Source of the DNA: Takakia lepidozioides
Lineage: Eukaryota > Plantae > Bryophyta
Reading direction: 5' to 3'
Length of the DNA: 64,000 nt
Assembly (NCBI GenBank): GCA_030704615.1
Contig: CM060731.1
Coordinates: 70,494,001 to 70,558,000 of the forward strand
Below are positions 12,076-24,349 of this stretch, in pieces (position 1 is the stretch's first letter; the number at the start of each line of letters is the position of its first letter). Below the pieces are notes generated by a model. That model did no database searches, had not been told where the DNA came from, and saw only the letters and a list, made by a program, of their open reading frames with translations. A program made the position numbers and the translations under genes.

Positions 12076-12927
12076 CAAAAAAGAAATTTGGCATTCGAGG
12101 GGCCCTTGCCGTCATACCCCACTCCCCATCCCCGGCATATAACAACTGGAGAACCCACCCAACACAGTTTGACTTCTATCTTTGCAGCCACATGGAGATA
12201 CAGATCTCACACCTCAATGTTGGACCTAATGTTATAATTTGCATTACGAAACCTCCACATGTTTTGGATGCTTGCACTTGTCTTTCATTCATATAAACTA
12301 CAGTCATAATTCACAATTTTTATTGGAACATCAACTTAAGTCTAAACGACAATGCCATGTTGTATCTTTTTGTATTGAGGATTGTTTCTACTGAACCATA
12401 GGTTCATTCGACACTTCCTTTGCAATGCGCACATTCACCATTAGAGAAGAAGACAAAGGGCAGCTTACAGAAGGTAGCATACTAACAGTAGATATGTAGT
12501 TTTGCCTTATCTGATAATGAAGGCATCCATAGTACAGTGATTTGCTTTGTTATACTCTTCATAGCCAAGCCCATTGCCCTTATATCCAGACCTTAAGGCA
12601 AAGAAAAGAGAACAGTGAAATGTTGCAATGTATCTTATTTTCACTATCCAGCCTGAAATTTAGTGCACCAGGTTCTGCTTCAAGAATAGCTAAGCACAGC
12701 CTTTTCTCATGATCTGTACAACATCCAACTTGGTTGTTTGATGTAATTTGAGACAGAGCAGGTGATACAAAGCTCTTAAGATGGCCTCAAGAGGATCAGG
12801 TATCTATTAGGCATAGCGGTGCCTGCACTATTACAGACCAGCTATGTTCTAACATGAAATGGTTTCCTCTTACAAGTCTGGAAAATATTAACTCTGTTTA
12901 AGAATAAAGGTGTGTTTCCTCATGCAC

Positions 12928-13008
12928 GTCTGGAAATTGATCCAACCTTATACATCCCTGAAGATCAACTGTTTGCAGACTTGTTAGCTGCCCAATGGAA
13001 CCTTCAAT
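12928..13008 (-). pseudogene. Remnant of a plant NLR/receptor-type leucine-rich repeat
   Basis: Manual translation IEGSIGQLTSLQTVDLQGCIRLDQFPD fits the LxxSIGxLxxLxxLDLxGCxxLxxxP consensus; flanks are broken by stops. Confidence 0.6.
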
Positions 13009-13554
13009 TATAATGTAACAGTTCATAAAGGTTCATAAGGTGTTATGGAAAACATAACCGCAATAGGAGACCGGGAGGAATGTTAGTATGCATCATAGAG
13101 AAGTAACACCCAGAAACCAACTTCCCCAAGTGCCAAGCTTTACCAAACAAGTTTGGAGCATTGTCAATCGAAAACATAACGAAGACCTGAAACCAGGCGA
13201 CATGTCTCCAGTCTCCATCTTCCCCACTGGTGCACTTCCTTTTGGATGAAACTTTGGGCCACACATTTTTATCATTGAAGATATCATACTTTAATCTGCT
13301 CCTCGAAGGGAATAAGTACACGAATACAGTGTTGTGCAAGAAGCACTGAAATTGTAATGCACCTACAACCTTGTGACGACGAGTCTTCAAACTATGAACA
13401 CATGCGACGACCAACATTCATACCTGCACGACTCCACTCTATCACAACATTCAACCACGGCCATGGCAGGGGAGGCGAGGCGAGGAGACGTGTGAGACGG
13501 GGTAGCAAATTCGTTGGGAGACCTTGGAACTCTGGCCGCCCTCCGGCAGGGGCG

Positions 13555-13655
13555 GAGTGACATGGGGGAGATTGGGGTGACATGGGGTGCCACGGGTGAC
13601 TCCGGGTGGACACCGGTGTGACATCCTGGTGGATCGGGGTGACATCAGGGTGACT
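13555..13655. repeat. GC-rich short tandem motifs (GGTGAC/GTGACAT, irregular spacing of ~10-22 bp)
   Basis: Six GTGAC cores in about 100 bp; possibly transposon subterminal repeats. Confidence 0.5.
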
Positions 13656-15938
13656 TGCGTGGGTTGCGTACCCGTCTGTCGAGCCTTCTAGAAGGCTTGT
13701 CCGCGCCACGTAGGCACATCCCAAAACTTGGCGTCTGCTGCACCCCATTGGCCACTCCGACCGACTCTCTATAACCTGGACCTTGAAAATTTCAGGCCCG
13801 AACCAAGACTGGGTAGTGGTTCTTGGTCGTTGCGAAAACCATCTTGTCTTATCTAGTCAACAGAGAAGAAAACAAGGCGTGACATACACGTAGGCCCTGC
13901 CATTTAATACGTAAGACATAAATTTGGAATTTATATATTACCTCTGACTTGTTAACATTTTGTAAAAAAGGTTGTATGAAGGATAAATTGATTTTTTTTT
14001 ATTGTTGGTAAAAGAATGTGTACAATTGTTTTAATGGTCAAAAAGAAAAAAGGTCAAAAATCTAGAAACAATGCTAAAAAGCTATGATGTTGAGCGGATT
14101 AATCTTTTGTTGGATGAATAAAACGATTAACATGGTGGGATAGGGGAGCGGGACTGGGAACAATGAGGGGAGAAAGGGGAGCGTAGCCACGATCTTGGAC
14201 TTAGGATTATTTTGGAGATGAAAAAATATATTAATCAAACCCATGTGCATCCAATCAACCAATGTAATTTCACTGGCAAGGATTGAACCTCAGACCTCGA
14301 CTTTGAAACACTCACCACCTAGCCACCGCACAGCAATCCGCAACTTTGATTTCAGAATCCTTTATTCTATAAATACAGGCTCGCAGGTGAGAGGGGAGCA
14401 AGGGGGGCTGGGGATTTGACAGTGCGCCCCGCCGGAACGTGGCCAGTACGGCCATCCCCGGAGACCATACCGGCAAAGCTCCCACGCTTGCATTCAACTC
14501 GTCGGGTAAAGCGTAGTCTGCTCCCTTTTGATTGGGGGGGGGGCCTTCCGAAGGGAAGTATTGTCGTCACAGTTGTGTTTTGGTGTGGATTGTGTTAGTG
14601 TGTTCCGGGGCATTCTCAATGGTGTGACCAAACAAATCCAAGATCGTTGGCTCCTAACTGCATGGGAGTCCACTGTATGGCCCGTAGGACTAACTTGGTT
14701 GTGCAGACTTTTATCTCCCTGAACATGGGAAGTAGATTGGAAGATCTCCTTCAAGGACATATGTACTTGTACTTTCCAAAGAGTTCCAAGAGACATAGGG
14801 CTCTCAAAACTTGCTGAGATCATGGTAACAAAGAAGAATAAGATTCTCTGGAATGTGAACACTCGTTGGATCTCCATGTTGAGCCTTGGAAAATGGATAA
14901 TGGCTGAGTATAGGTCACTTTTGGTGAAGATGGCATTGGATTGCCCTTCAAACTAGACTGCCAAAGATAATTTTGAGATGTTGTGTGAGTGGAGATCCAC
15001 CTTGGAATAGCCCCGCAATCCTGTTTATTTGGTTCAGCCCATTCCCTCCTCAACTTCTCTCAGTTGAGTTGTGTTTTAGTATGTGACTTTGTGGCAGTCG
15101 TGAAAGTGTGTGAAGGTGAGGTCAACCATGAAAGTATTATCTTGCGTGGGCTCACTGATGTGAAGACTACAACAGAGAGTACCTTGCCTTTGATATCGAT
15201 GTCAATGGCAACACATTTGGGCAAAACATGCTTTATGTGGTGTGACATGGACTGTATTTTCTGATGTGGCTGAACAGGTCAATGTTGCTATCCTTTGAGG
15301 CTCTTGACTGCCAACAAGGCATGTTCAAATTGGCCAGGAAAAGCAATGCAAATTCTGCCATGACACCCCCATTGGACTTCAATCCCCTTGTCCTCGGAGG
15401 ACAATAAGTGCTTCATAGATTGTATGCCATAGTTTCCCAAAATACATTGAGCTTGTAGAGATCGCCATGTCCCAAGTGCTTGGGAGTATGGAGGACGGAA
15501 GGTGCTTCACTACTGTTAAGTTTTGTCATGTCCAAATTATGGCCTCTGGTTATTTGTGGTCTAGGATGCCTGCCCCTCCCTCGCTGCATCCACCTCCTGC
15601 GCATGTTGGCCTCACCTCCATGCCCCAGCCCATGCGTCAGTATGCTCCATGCTGCTCGCCTAAAATGCGTGGCCTCCATCAGGGCTTTCCATAGCATGGG
15701 AGTTTAGGGTGGCGGCTGAGTTTCTCCATAAGCAAGCAAGCTGAGAGCTCTAGGATTAGACATGGATTGTGAGTGGAGTAGTGAATGCTTCATGAAGATG
15801 ATGCGCAGAGGGGTAAACCTGACATTTGTTTGCATTTGCAATGTGTGTGCTTGAGTCTGAAAGCCCTGGAAAGAACAAAGATTGAGGTCCATGGTGACAT
15901 TATCAAAGCTGAAGTTGTACTACATGTCCTTTTGAACG

Positions 15939-16260
15939 TGCTGCTCTTTCCTTAACAGTGCTGACTGTTAGGGAGAGAGCAGCAAGAGAGAGAGGTGGAA
16001 TAGTAAGAAAGAGAGAGGGGTAGAAGAGACAGGGAGGGGGAAAGAAAAAATAAGGGGAGAGGGACAGACAGGGAGGAAGACAGTAGGAAGGTGGGGAGGG
16101 GGAGAGTAGCTCTCTCTATCCCTCCCCACCTTCCTCCTCTCTCCCACCAAGTCTCTTGATACTCTCCATTTCACCCTTGGTGCTCCCTCCCTAAAAGCAC
16201 TGAGCAGTCAAAACTGTTTGGGAGAGAGCACCCAGGGGGGGAGGGGATAGAGAGAAATAG
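15939..16260. repeat. Nested inverted-repeat (foldback) region with purine/pyrimidine asymmetry
   Basis: Hairpins TGCTGCTCTTTCCTTAACAG/CTGTTAGGGAGAGAGCAGCA (15939-15984), GGAAGGTGGGGAGGG/CCCTCCCCACCTTCC (~16086-16134) and GGTGCTCCCTCCC/GGGAGAGAGCACC (~16179-16232). Confidence 0.6.
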
Positions 16261-16393
16261 AATGCACTCATAGTACTTAGTTTCCCCAAGCCTTGGTCCA
16301 GCAACCTATAATCCCTGTCAAAGTTACTTTATTGGCTCTGCACAGGCCGAACCCTTTCGGTTCATAGTGCTGCCGAAGAGTACTATCAGCAAC

Positions 16394-16684
16394 TCGTAAC
16401 AAAGCAAAACAAACTCAAAAGTAGAAACTCAATCATTACCAAAACTCACTTGAACTAAGACTGAACGTAAAATATGTTCGTATCCAGTTTGTAAATGTTA
16501 CAGTGTTAACACTCAAACAATGTGAAAAATGTATCCCAGCCACTTGTAACAAGGCCCAAAACAAACTCAAAAGAGTAGAAACCCCTCATTACCGAAGCTC
16601 ACTTCATCTAAGACTGTATGTAACATATGTTCATATCCAATTTGTGAGTGTTACAGCACTAACATTCAAACGATGTGAAATGTA
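16394..16684. repeat. ~150-bp diverged tandem duplication downstream of the BPA1-like gene
   Basis: ACAAACTCAAAAG...TAAGACTG...GTTACAG...ATGTGAAA occurs twice (from ~16409 and ~16561). Confidence 0.8.
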
Positions 16685-17047
16685 ACATTGTGAATGTTAT
16701 CGCACCCCTGCACAGTCAATCGAAGTCTGGGCATGCTTGACATTACCATTACCTACCAGTAGTCCTAGCTCTGATAAAATCTGCAGGGATCCTGCAAGAA
16801 TATTATGGACACAAAACACAACAATATAGTCCACAATTGTGAAAAAATTAGCAGTATAAGAACCCGCAGTGCAGCAAAAACTACTGGATCCCCTCAGGCA
16901 CCTTTATGTTTACAGCGATATATACAGTAACACAGAAACGAGTTAATTTCCATTCTCTTTTCTTTCTAGTGTCTCTCCACCTGTGAGCCTGCCTCAGGCA
17001 TCACCTCTTGAGCCCACCAGGTCCCACCTTGACTCCATTTGGTTCCA

Positions 17048-18976
17048 TCAAAGTATCAAGCCTTGTGCTGGTGGAGGTTTTGCTGCAGGCTCATTGGCAG
17101 GTTGCACAGGAGAGTATTTGTCGTAGCCAAGAGACCCAGTAGGATACCTCCCACTTGTAGATGCAGCAGCTGAGCTCATTGAAACAGCTGCACGCTCTGC
17201 TGGATGTGTGGGAGGTGGTGTGTAGCTGTCTGTGAAGGCCGAGTGATACTCTTGCCCATCTGATCCCATAGCCTGTGCTCTCCTCTGCTCATCTGAACCA
17301 AATGCCTTCTCCTTCGCTTTCTGACTCACCTCACCAGCAGTTTTGGTGACCTTGGCAAATGCACCGGTCACCCATGTTGCACCTGTTAGCACATACCTAT
17401 TCTTCATAAGAGCAGAGCCTGCATTGTTGACCTTCTGCTCAGCCACAGCAAATGCAGATCGTGTCTTCTCAGAGACCTGGAATTTCTGATCAACGGCCTT
17501 CACATGTTGATTCACAACTGAAGTACCCGCACTCAGCTTCTGGCTGATGCCAATTTTCTTATCAAAAGATGAAACTCTTGCAGAGGCACCGGCTATCAAC
17601 TGATGCTTCTCATCAAATGCCTTGGCCTTGCTCATTGCATCCTTTCCCAACACAAAGCCTCTTGACAGCATGTTCGAAATGACATCCTGCGCACTGGCTC
17701 CAGTGACCCCAGAAATGGAACTACTGTTCCCAGCCTGCACAATTCTCATCCCATTAGCGCATTGCAGGGATAGAAGATAACAGAACTGACAGATCTGGAA
17801 GATTCAAGATGCACCTCACACCTGTGCCAGGACATAAAGTTCATTCCATCTCTTGAATACTCATTGCAAGTTTTTCTAATACAGTTTGAGGCAGGACTCT
17901 AGACAATACTTGATGTAATCAGATTGCCTAGGGAGTGTAAAATATGGATCATACCACAGGCACTGCATTGCTAGGCTCCTCTGTCACAAGGGTGGTTCCA
18001 TTTGCTGTCCCCTCCGACTCTTCTATGGGGGCAATGATGACTGCTTGATCCACAACAGTTGCTCCCTGCACATTTATTTGTCAATTAGACCACCCTCTTT
18101 CATGCTAGCCATCTACATGTTGCTGCAAGAAGTCTGCAGGCACACACAACAGCCAAATCTTGTTCTCTACCACTGGAGCAGTAGAAGTACAAGCACATGC
18201 AACTGCATAAAAGCTAGAAAGTTCACAGGCAATACCAACCTGTGCTTCTCAATATGGCCAAAAGGGGTAGAACAAATGCTGCAAATGATTTAGTCGGCAC
18301 CTAGCTTAACTGCAACCATGCACAGACAGGGTCGGCAGCTGCAAACTCACAGAAAGCAGGAGGGCGGTGTCCAGTGCCTGGGCCTCCTTGAATGTCACGT
18401 AAGCCACCTGAGAATGTTCCCCATCTCTGGAGAGGTAGTAACAAAGCACGTTAGGTCCGGTTACCGAACCCGAGAGGTCAAGAAAACTGGGCGCAGAATA
18501 TTTCGAAGAGCGTAAGGCGAGGATAAGCTTGTGGTAACAAGAGAAAAGCAGATCAACCTGTGCAGTTTGATATGGTCAATTTCCCCAGAAAAAGAGAAAA
18601 AATCTTGAATGTCATGCTCGGTAGCTTTCATTGACACATTGCTGACTCGAACAGTATCGATCTGGTGTAAACACGACATATCCAACCAACATCAGAAGAT
18701 CCATCTTCGAAAAGCAAGTCACTGGAAGGTATGAGTTACAGAAGCTAAAACAGCTCTTCGCAATCATCCTAATGATTGAGACAATGCACACATGCAACAC
18801 TATCTCCATCTCCACAAAACACATTCTCACTCACTCATTCTCGCTCACTCAAAACCATCTCGCCTCTTTCTCTGATGCCGAATCTGGTGACACGACACCG
18901 CCACAAGTCCCACTAATCAAACAAAACATGATCTACGGAAAAACTCAAGACTGAAAACCACCGTTCGTACCGACAT
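17048..18976 (-). CDS. BPA1: BPA1-like (binding partner of ACD11) RRM-containing protein, 5 coding exons
   Basis: Exons 18976-18971 (MS), 18661-18558 (IDTVRVSNVSMKATEHDIQDFFSFSGEI), 18426-18351 (VAYVTFKEAQALDTALLLS), 18065-17955 (GATVVDQAV), 17734-17048 (MLSRGFVLGKDAMSKAKAFDEKH...NRYVLTGATWVTGAF...PAQGLIL*), all GT-AG. Confidence 0.88.
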
Positions 18977-19487
18977 GATGCTCGGATTCCTCCACGAGAA
19001 TGCAGCGCCAAACACTCTGCAAATGCGGAGCTGTTTTTCGAGTCCAAATGCAGCACAGATCTCGCACTCCTCACCTGTATCCCAAGCAGTCGGTGATCAC
19101 TCGCTCGAATCCTCCTTGCTCTCCTTCCTTCCTTCCCTCTTCACACTCCCCTTCTCGTCTCTCTTTCGACGTGCGCGGTCGCCCTCCTCTTCTCGACCTA
19201 GCGCGGTCGACCGCGCACGGTCCGCATAAACCCCAACATGAACCGCGCGGTTGATTGCCTCCGCCGGATAAGCGAACTTATTCAAGAGAACGAGATCGTA
19301 TGTAAGAGAACGTATTATTCTTCAAGGGAACTTTTGTAAGCGAACGTATTATTCTTGAAGAGAACGAACGTATTATTCTTAAAGAGAACGTGATCGGATG
19401 TAAGGGAACGTGTAACTGGCGCTCCTCGGAGGTTAGGATACAATTCTCTGTGTAAACTGTGACCCTAAATTTTCTTGAAGGCTCAGT

Positions 19488-19522
<35 letters not shown>

Positions 19523-19900
19523 GGTGGGGGGGGCAGGGGGTTGGGTTTAGGGGAGGGAGGGAGATGAGAAGCGCTGGGTGCGAGTGCAATCCGGGAGTCA
19601 AGACGCAGTAGGGGTGAGGGACGGGCCTGTCCGCAGGAGAGGACGTTAACGTTACGGTTTGATGAGTGGACTGGCATGTCCCGTGCAATCCGAGGCATCC
19701 GAAAGCATCCTCCCGCGCAGAGCCGTGTCGTTCTCTGCGTCATGATCTCTCTCTGCCTGGGCGTATCAGGTTTCTTTTTGCATTCCCCTCCCCCCGCCCC
19801 CCTGCCCCCCCCACACTCCGTTTTCCCTGCAAGTCCCTTCGCATCTTTAAGTCTCTGCATGTTTGTTCGAGGAACCCCTTCCGTGTGCTTGTTTGGAAGA
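18977..19900. promoter_or_regulatory. Putative bidirectional promoter/5' UTR region between the BPA1-like and qRRM genes
   Basis: Head-to-head gene arrangement; CpG-rich; (GA)n tract 19492-19518; three copies of GAACGTATTATTCTT at 19308, 19342 and 19366. Confidence 0.5.
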
Positions 19901-20669
19901 TTCTGACATGCCCTAGTTGGCGGTGGATTTTTCTTGGGTTTTGTTGGCGATCAGGTTGACTAAGCTGATTAGGTCTTGTGATCTTCTTACACAACTTTCA
20001 GTGGTATGTGAACTTTGTACTCTTACTCTCATGAGTGTCACGGCGCTGCAATGTATAAGTGAAAATTGGGTACGAATCGCTATATTCTGGACGTGTACTT
20101 CGGGCATTAGGGGTTTGGGGAGGTCATGCCGTAGTCCTGTGTAAGTCATGGCTGTTTGTATGTGGTGGGTTTACTGTTATTGAGAAGCTATGGTGGTGGT
20201 CCGTTGCTGTTTGTGTATGAAGAGGAGGTTTCTTGGAGGGGGGGATGGTAGGGACTTGGCAGGCTTGTCTTATTGGTGGTTTCCTGTTGTGACTCATGTG
20301 GTGGCTTGCAGCTCAGAGGTTTTAGGGTACTTGGTGGCCAGCATGGCAGGCATTGGAGGGCTTGTGGGAGGAAGTGCTCTCGATGATGAATTGTGAGTGT
20401 TATGCTTGTCTGGGTGTTTGTGCAATATCTCATTGCTTGCTTTGGATGAGGGCATAGTCTCTTTCCTTGCCCATGATTGTCTGAATTCTTCTTACTGAAT
20501 GAAGATGAAATTGCAAGGGTTCGGATACTTTCTTTTCAGTCATGGTGCCTAGCCTAGGTTTGGGAATTTTATCCTTGTATCTTATAATGGGTAATCATTG
20601 TGCACCTTTCTGTGTGCTTCTGGGTTGCTCAACGATTTGTTCTCTGCTGGTTGTCGTTTCTCCATGCAG

Positions 20670-23600
20670 GAAGCGAAGCAATGTCGTTCGTCTACGAGGT
20701 CTTCCATTCAGTGCCTCTGAGTCGGATATTTCTGATTTCTTCAAAGGATTGGAGATGGGGCCTGACGGGGTGGTCATTTGTGTCAATTTTCAAGGTGAGG
20801 TGTTCTTCAAAATGTTTGCAAATCTAGGGAGGTTATGAACAATCTTTGGAAGTACCTGTGATGAACTTGAGTATGTATCCATCATATCCCCTGTTACTGT
20901 TAAGTGGTTGTTGGATGATATTACAGTACAGTTTGTTGTATTGTATTTGTTGCAGGGAGGTCAACATCTCACGCTCTGCTTTACCTTGGATGTGGCTATG
21001 TTTCAACCCTTGGCTATCTCTCAGACGTGATATAAGAGTGTACTAGGCTCTCACATTTGTGTGGTTGTTGCAGGGAGGTCAACTGGTCAAGCTTATGTAC
21101 AGTTTGCAACTGCAGAATTAGCAAACAAAGCTCTCGATCGAAATAGGTTTGTGTAAAACCCTCTCTAGTTCCCTTTCTGTAATTGTTTGCATGTAGTCCA
21201 TTGTGCTGATGGTTGAGTGGTTACTATATTCAAATTGTTTTCGACCTTGCGCTGTCATTTCCTGGAGTGCCATTTAAAATATGGAGAGGGGATTTATGGA
21301 TCACTAACTCAAATTTATGGTTCATTGGGGATTCAGGCAACACATTGGTAGCCGTTACATTGAAGTTTTTAAGGGGCATCCGGCAGATATGCAGGTATTC
21401 TTAAAATTCATGAGAGGGAAGACCACTTGTGGTGCATGTTGTATGAGAAATTTTTGTTGAGACTATTGTGGTGGAGTGATTGTGGATGTCACCTTACATT
21501 GGTGGCATTTATCTTATTTTTCCATGTCGCTGAGACCAATTTCTATGATAGGGAGCATTGCGAATGCTGGGCCGAGGAAGTGGAACAGTAAATGGGACTG
21601 GTGCTGCTTCTACTGGTGGCATCCTCAACACCGGAATCCCAGGCATGTCTGGCAATCCGGACATGCGTTATACTGGCGTTGTGCGCATGCGAGGCATGCC
21701 CTACAGGTTTGACTTCTAACTTGAGGCCTGTGACTCTGTTACGCATTTTTTGGATAGAACTGAGTGCATTGTATGCCACTCAGCTGACTCTGGGGAGTGG
21801 TTGGGTGGGAACAGCTGTACTTCTGCAGACATCACAGCGTTTTTTAAAGGAATGCAGGTGGTGGCTGATGGGATTTTCTTATGTACCCATGCCGATGGCC
21901 GTCCTACAGGCGAAGTGAGTTTTCATTGCCAGGTTTAGGAATGATCTTTGATTTTTTCAATTTGATTCAGTCCAAGCATGCAACAGATGACCCAGTGAGT
22001 AGGATACAAGGTCACCTTGCAAGTGGTGGTGGGTCCGAATTCACATGGGTGCATGTCGAGTGTCACCCACAATAGGTAAACCCACCTGCAAAACAGGGGT
22101 CACGTTGTGGGTAGCCGGGGACTTTGAAGCCTTGAATAGTAGATAGTAGTTATTTGTTTCCTTTCTTTCCAGTGAGTTCTGTTGCTAGCTAGGACTCTCT
22201 GTTGAAACTAAAGGCTTCAGAGCTGTTGGGACCCCCTTAAGCTTTTGAGCATTTTCAGTTGAGGTCAACTATTCCTCTGAGATAGTTGCATGTGAATGTG
22301 ACAGACAGACCTCAGGTGTTATTGAATGGACATTCTGTAGTGTGTGGCCTTCCAGTGGCGGTTGTCAGCTGACCACCTGGTTCTATGTCTAATCATGACA
22401 GGCTTTTGTGGAGTTTCTGAATGAGGAAACAGCTGCACGTGCAATGCAGCTACACAGAGAACCCATGGGCTCGGTTTGTTTGCGATAATCTGAAGTGTTG
22501 TGATGACCTTTCCCTTGATTATAAAATGTGTTAAGGAAGCTCGATAGTCATAGTTGTGGGTATCTGAAACTGTGATGTTTTAGAATCAGAAGAGGTTCCA
22601 AAGGTTTGTGTTGAACTCCTTACTCACATGAATGTGTGTGGTGTTGACAGCGCTATGTGGAGCTCTTCCGTAGCACAAAAGGGGAGATGATGACAGCAGT
22701 GCAGCAGCGGATGTACGGCATGTTTTCAGGTGTCGGTGGCTTCTCTCAGTTTGGTGCCGTAAGCCAGGTGAGTTGCATGGGCAAATGTGTGTGAAGATGA
22801 AATATGTTGGAGGTTGTCTGCAAGGAACTATAACCTGAGTGGAATGGGGTTAAAGGCTCTAAGTTTGCATGGCTGAAGCACTAGTGGGGTGATGGTGGGA
22901 ATGTGTGTGTGCGTGTGTGTTTCAGATCCCGGGAATGATGGGAGCCTTTGGAGTCCAGGGGTTGACTGGGATGAATGTAGCAGCCATGCAGGCAGCAGGG
23001 TTGGGTGGCTTGACTGGGCTGCAAGGCATAGCTGATACATCAGAACACGTTTGCATCAAGATGCGAGGGCTACCCTATAATGCTGGGCAGAGAGAAATAA
23101 TGGATTTTTTTGAGGGATATAACATTTTGCCCAATGGCATTCACATTGTAATGGGAGCCACAGATCGTCCGACTGGGGAGGCGTTCGTGGAATTCATCTC
23201 CTCAGAGGAGACCCAGAGGGGAATGGAGCGCCATCGCCAGAACATTGGTTCCCGCTATATAGAGCTATTCAGAGCAACCAAGAGGTAGGTCCTTCCCCTT
23301 TCTGTTTTATGAGGGTGCTGACCTTGTTCTAGCTTATGATCCTACCGTTGAGGTGGGTTTTTTGCATCACTAGAAAAAAGTATCTGGTAGGAAGGGATTC
23401 TGTCTGAGCAATTCAAAAACTGTTGCTGTTTTGACGTAGCAGTTTACACGTTACATGGGTGTCTTGAAAAGGTGGAGACCCTACCTACTGGTGATATCTT
23501 CCTTGCATTTGTGTCTGGGCCTTGGTGTTTGATGTGGAGAGCTACAGCTTTTAGCTATAATTATGATTGTGTGCCTCCATGCAAGACAGTTCGTACCTTT

Positions 23601-24349
23601 TTGTGGTAAGTGGAAAGATTTATGCACAAGGCTGCTCAAGTAGTGATGTCAATCAGGTGGCTCTATTTTATCAACTGTTCTTTGAGGATATCTTGAATGA
23701 TGACTGATGGAATGTGGTGGTGTAGTGAGATGTTGCTGGCAACTGGTGGATTATCCAGTTTTGGTTTAGCACAAGCTCTGGATCCCAGTGTCCAACTTCT
23801 GCTGTTGCAGCAGCAGGTGCTTCTTCATTCTTTATTACCTACTTGATGGGTTGTTTCATCATGTCACTGCTGTGGAGATGTGGATACTGCAGACTGGCTG
23901 GTCTGGTCTGCTATACCCAGTGTGAGGAAATAGCAACACAAACGTAGTTGAATGGGTGGGTTTTGGTGTGTAGGCTGCTGCAGGGGCTTTTGGTATGACA
24001 GGGCTTATGGGCACCCAAACAGCAGCTAGTAGCTGGACTGATATGCAGAATGCAGCTGCGGTGGCTGCTAGCTTTTATCAACGCCAAGCCGCTGGCCTTG
24101 CTGGGCCCACTTCATCTGTGGCTGCTGTGACATCATTCGATTCATCGTCATCTAGCAAAATTCGGGGCCTCCCATATAGGACATCGGTATGAAGCTTTCT
24201 ATACCTCTTCTTGTTTTGAACAAGTAATTTATGCACACTTGAGTGTCTTGAAAGTTGTATGTGCTTCCATTTTTTCCTTTTAGAGTTTTGAGATTATGGG
24301 AGGTGTGCTGAGGGTGATGTGGGGTGGTGTTAATGTGTTGCAGACATGA
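20670..24349 (+). CDS. hnRNP F/H / ESRP-like RNA-binding protein with three qRRM domains (start codon upstream, not resolved)
   Basis: Exons 20670-20794, 21074-21146, 21337-21394, 21552-21706, 21815-21914, 22402-22473, 22651-22767, 22926-23284, 23726-23816, 23974-24186, 24344-24349. qRRM signatures VVRLRGLPF...GRSTGQAYVQF...HIGSRYIEVF; VVRMRGMPY...RPTGEAFVEF...MGSRYVELF; IKMRGLPY...RPTGEAFVEF...IGSRYIELF. Confidence 0.85.

Noticed and set aside
14494-15900. Cluster of short minus-strand ORFs
   Set aside because: Looks like heavily decayed coding sequence but no recognisable motif; cannot be assigned
15962-15984. miR156/529/535-like miRNA
   Set aside because: Shares only a GAGAGAGCA core; too many mismatches and the hairpin is too short for a confident MIRNA call
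1493-18976. Functional cell-death cluster (ACD1/PAO + LRR relic + ACD11 partner)
   Set aside because: Name-level coincidence; the sequence gives no evidence of co-regulation
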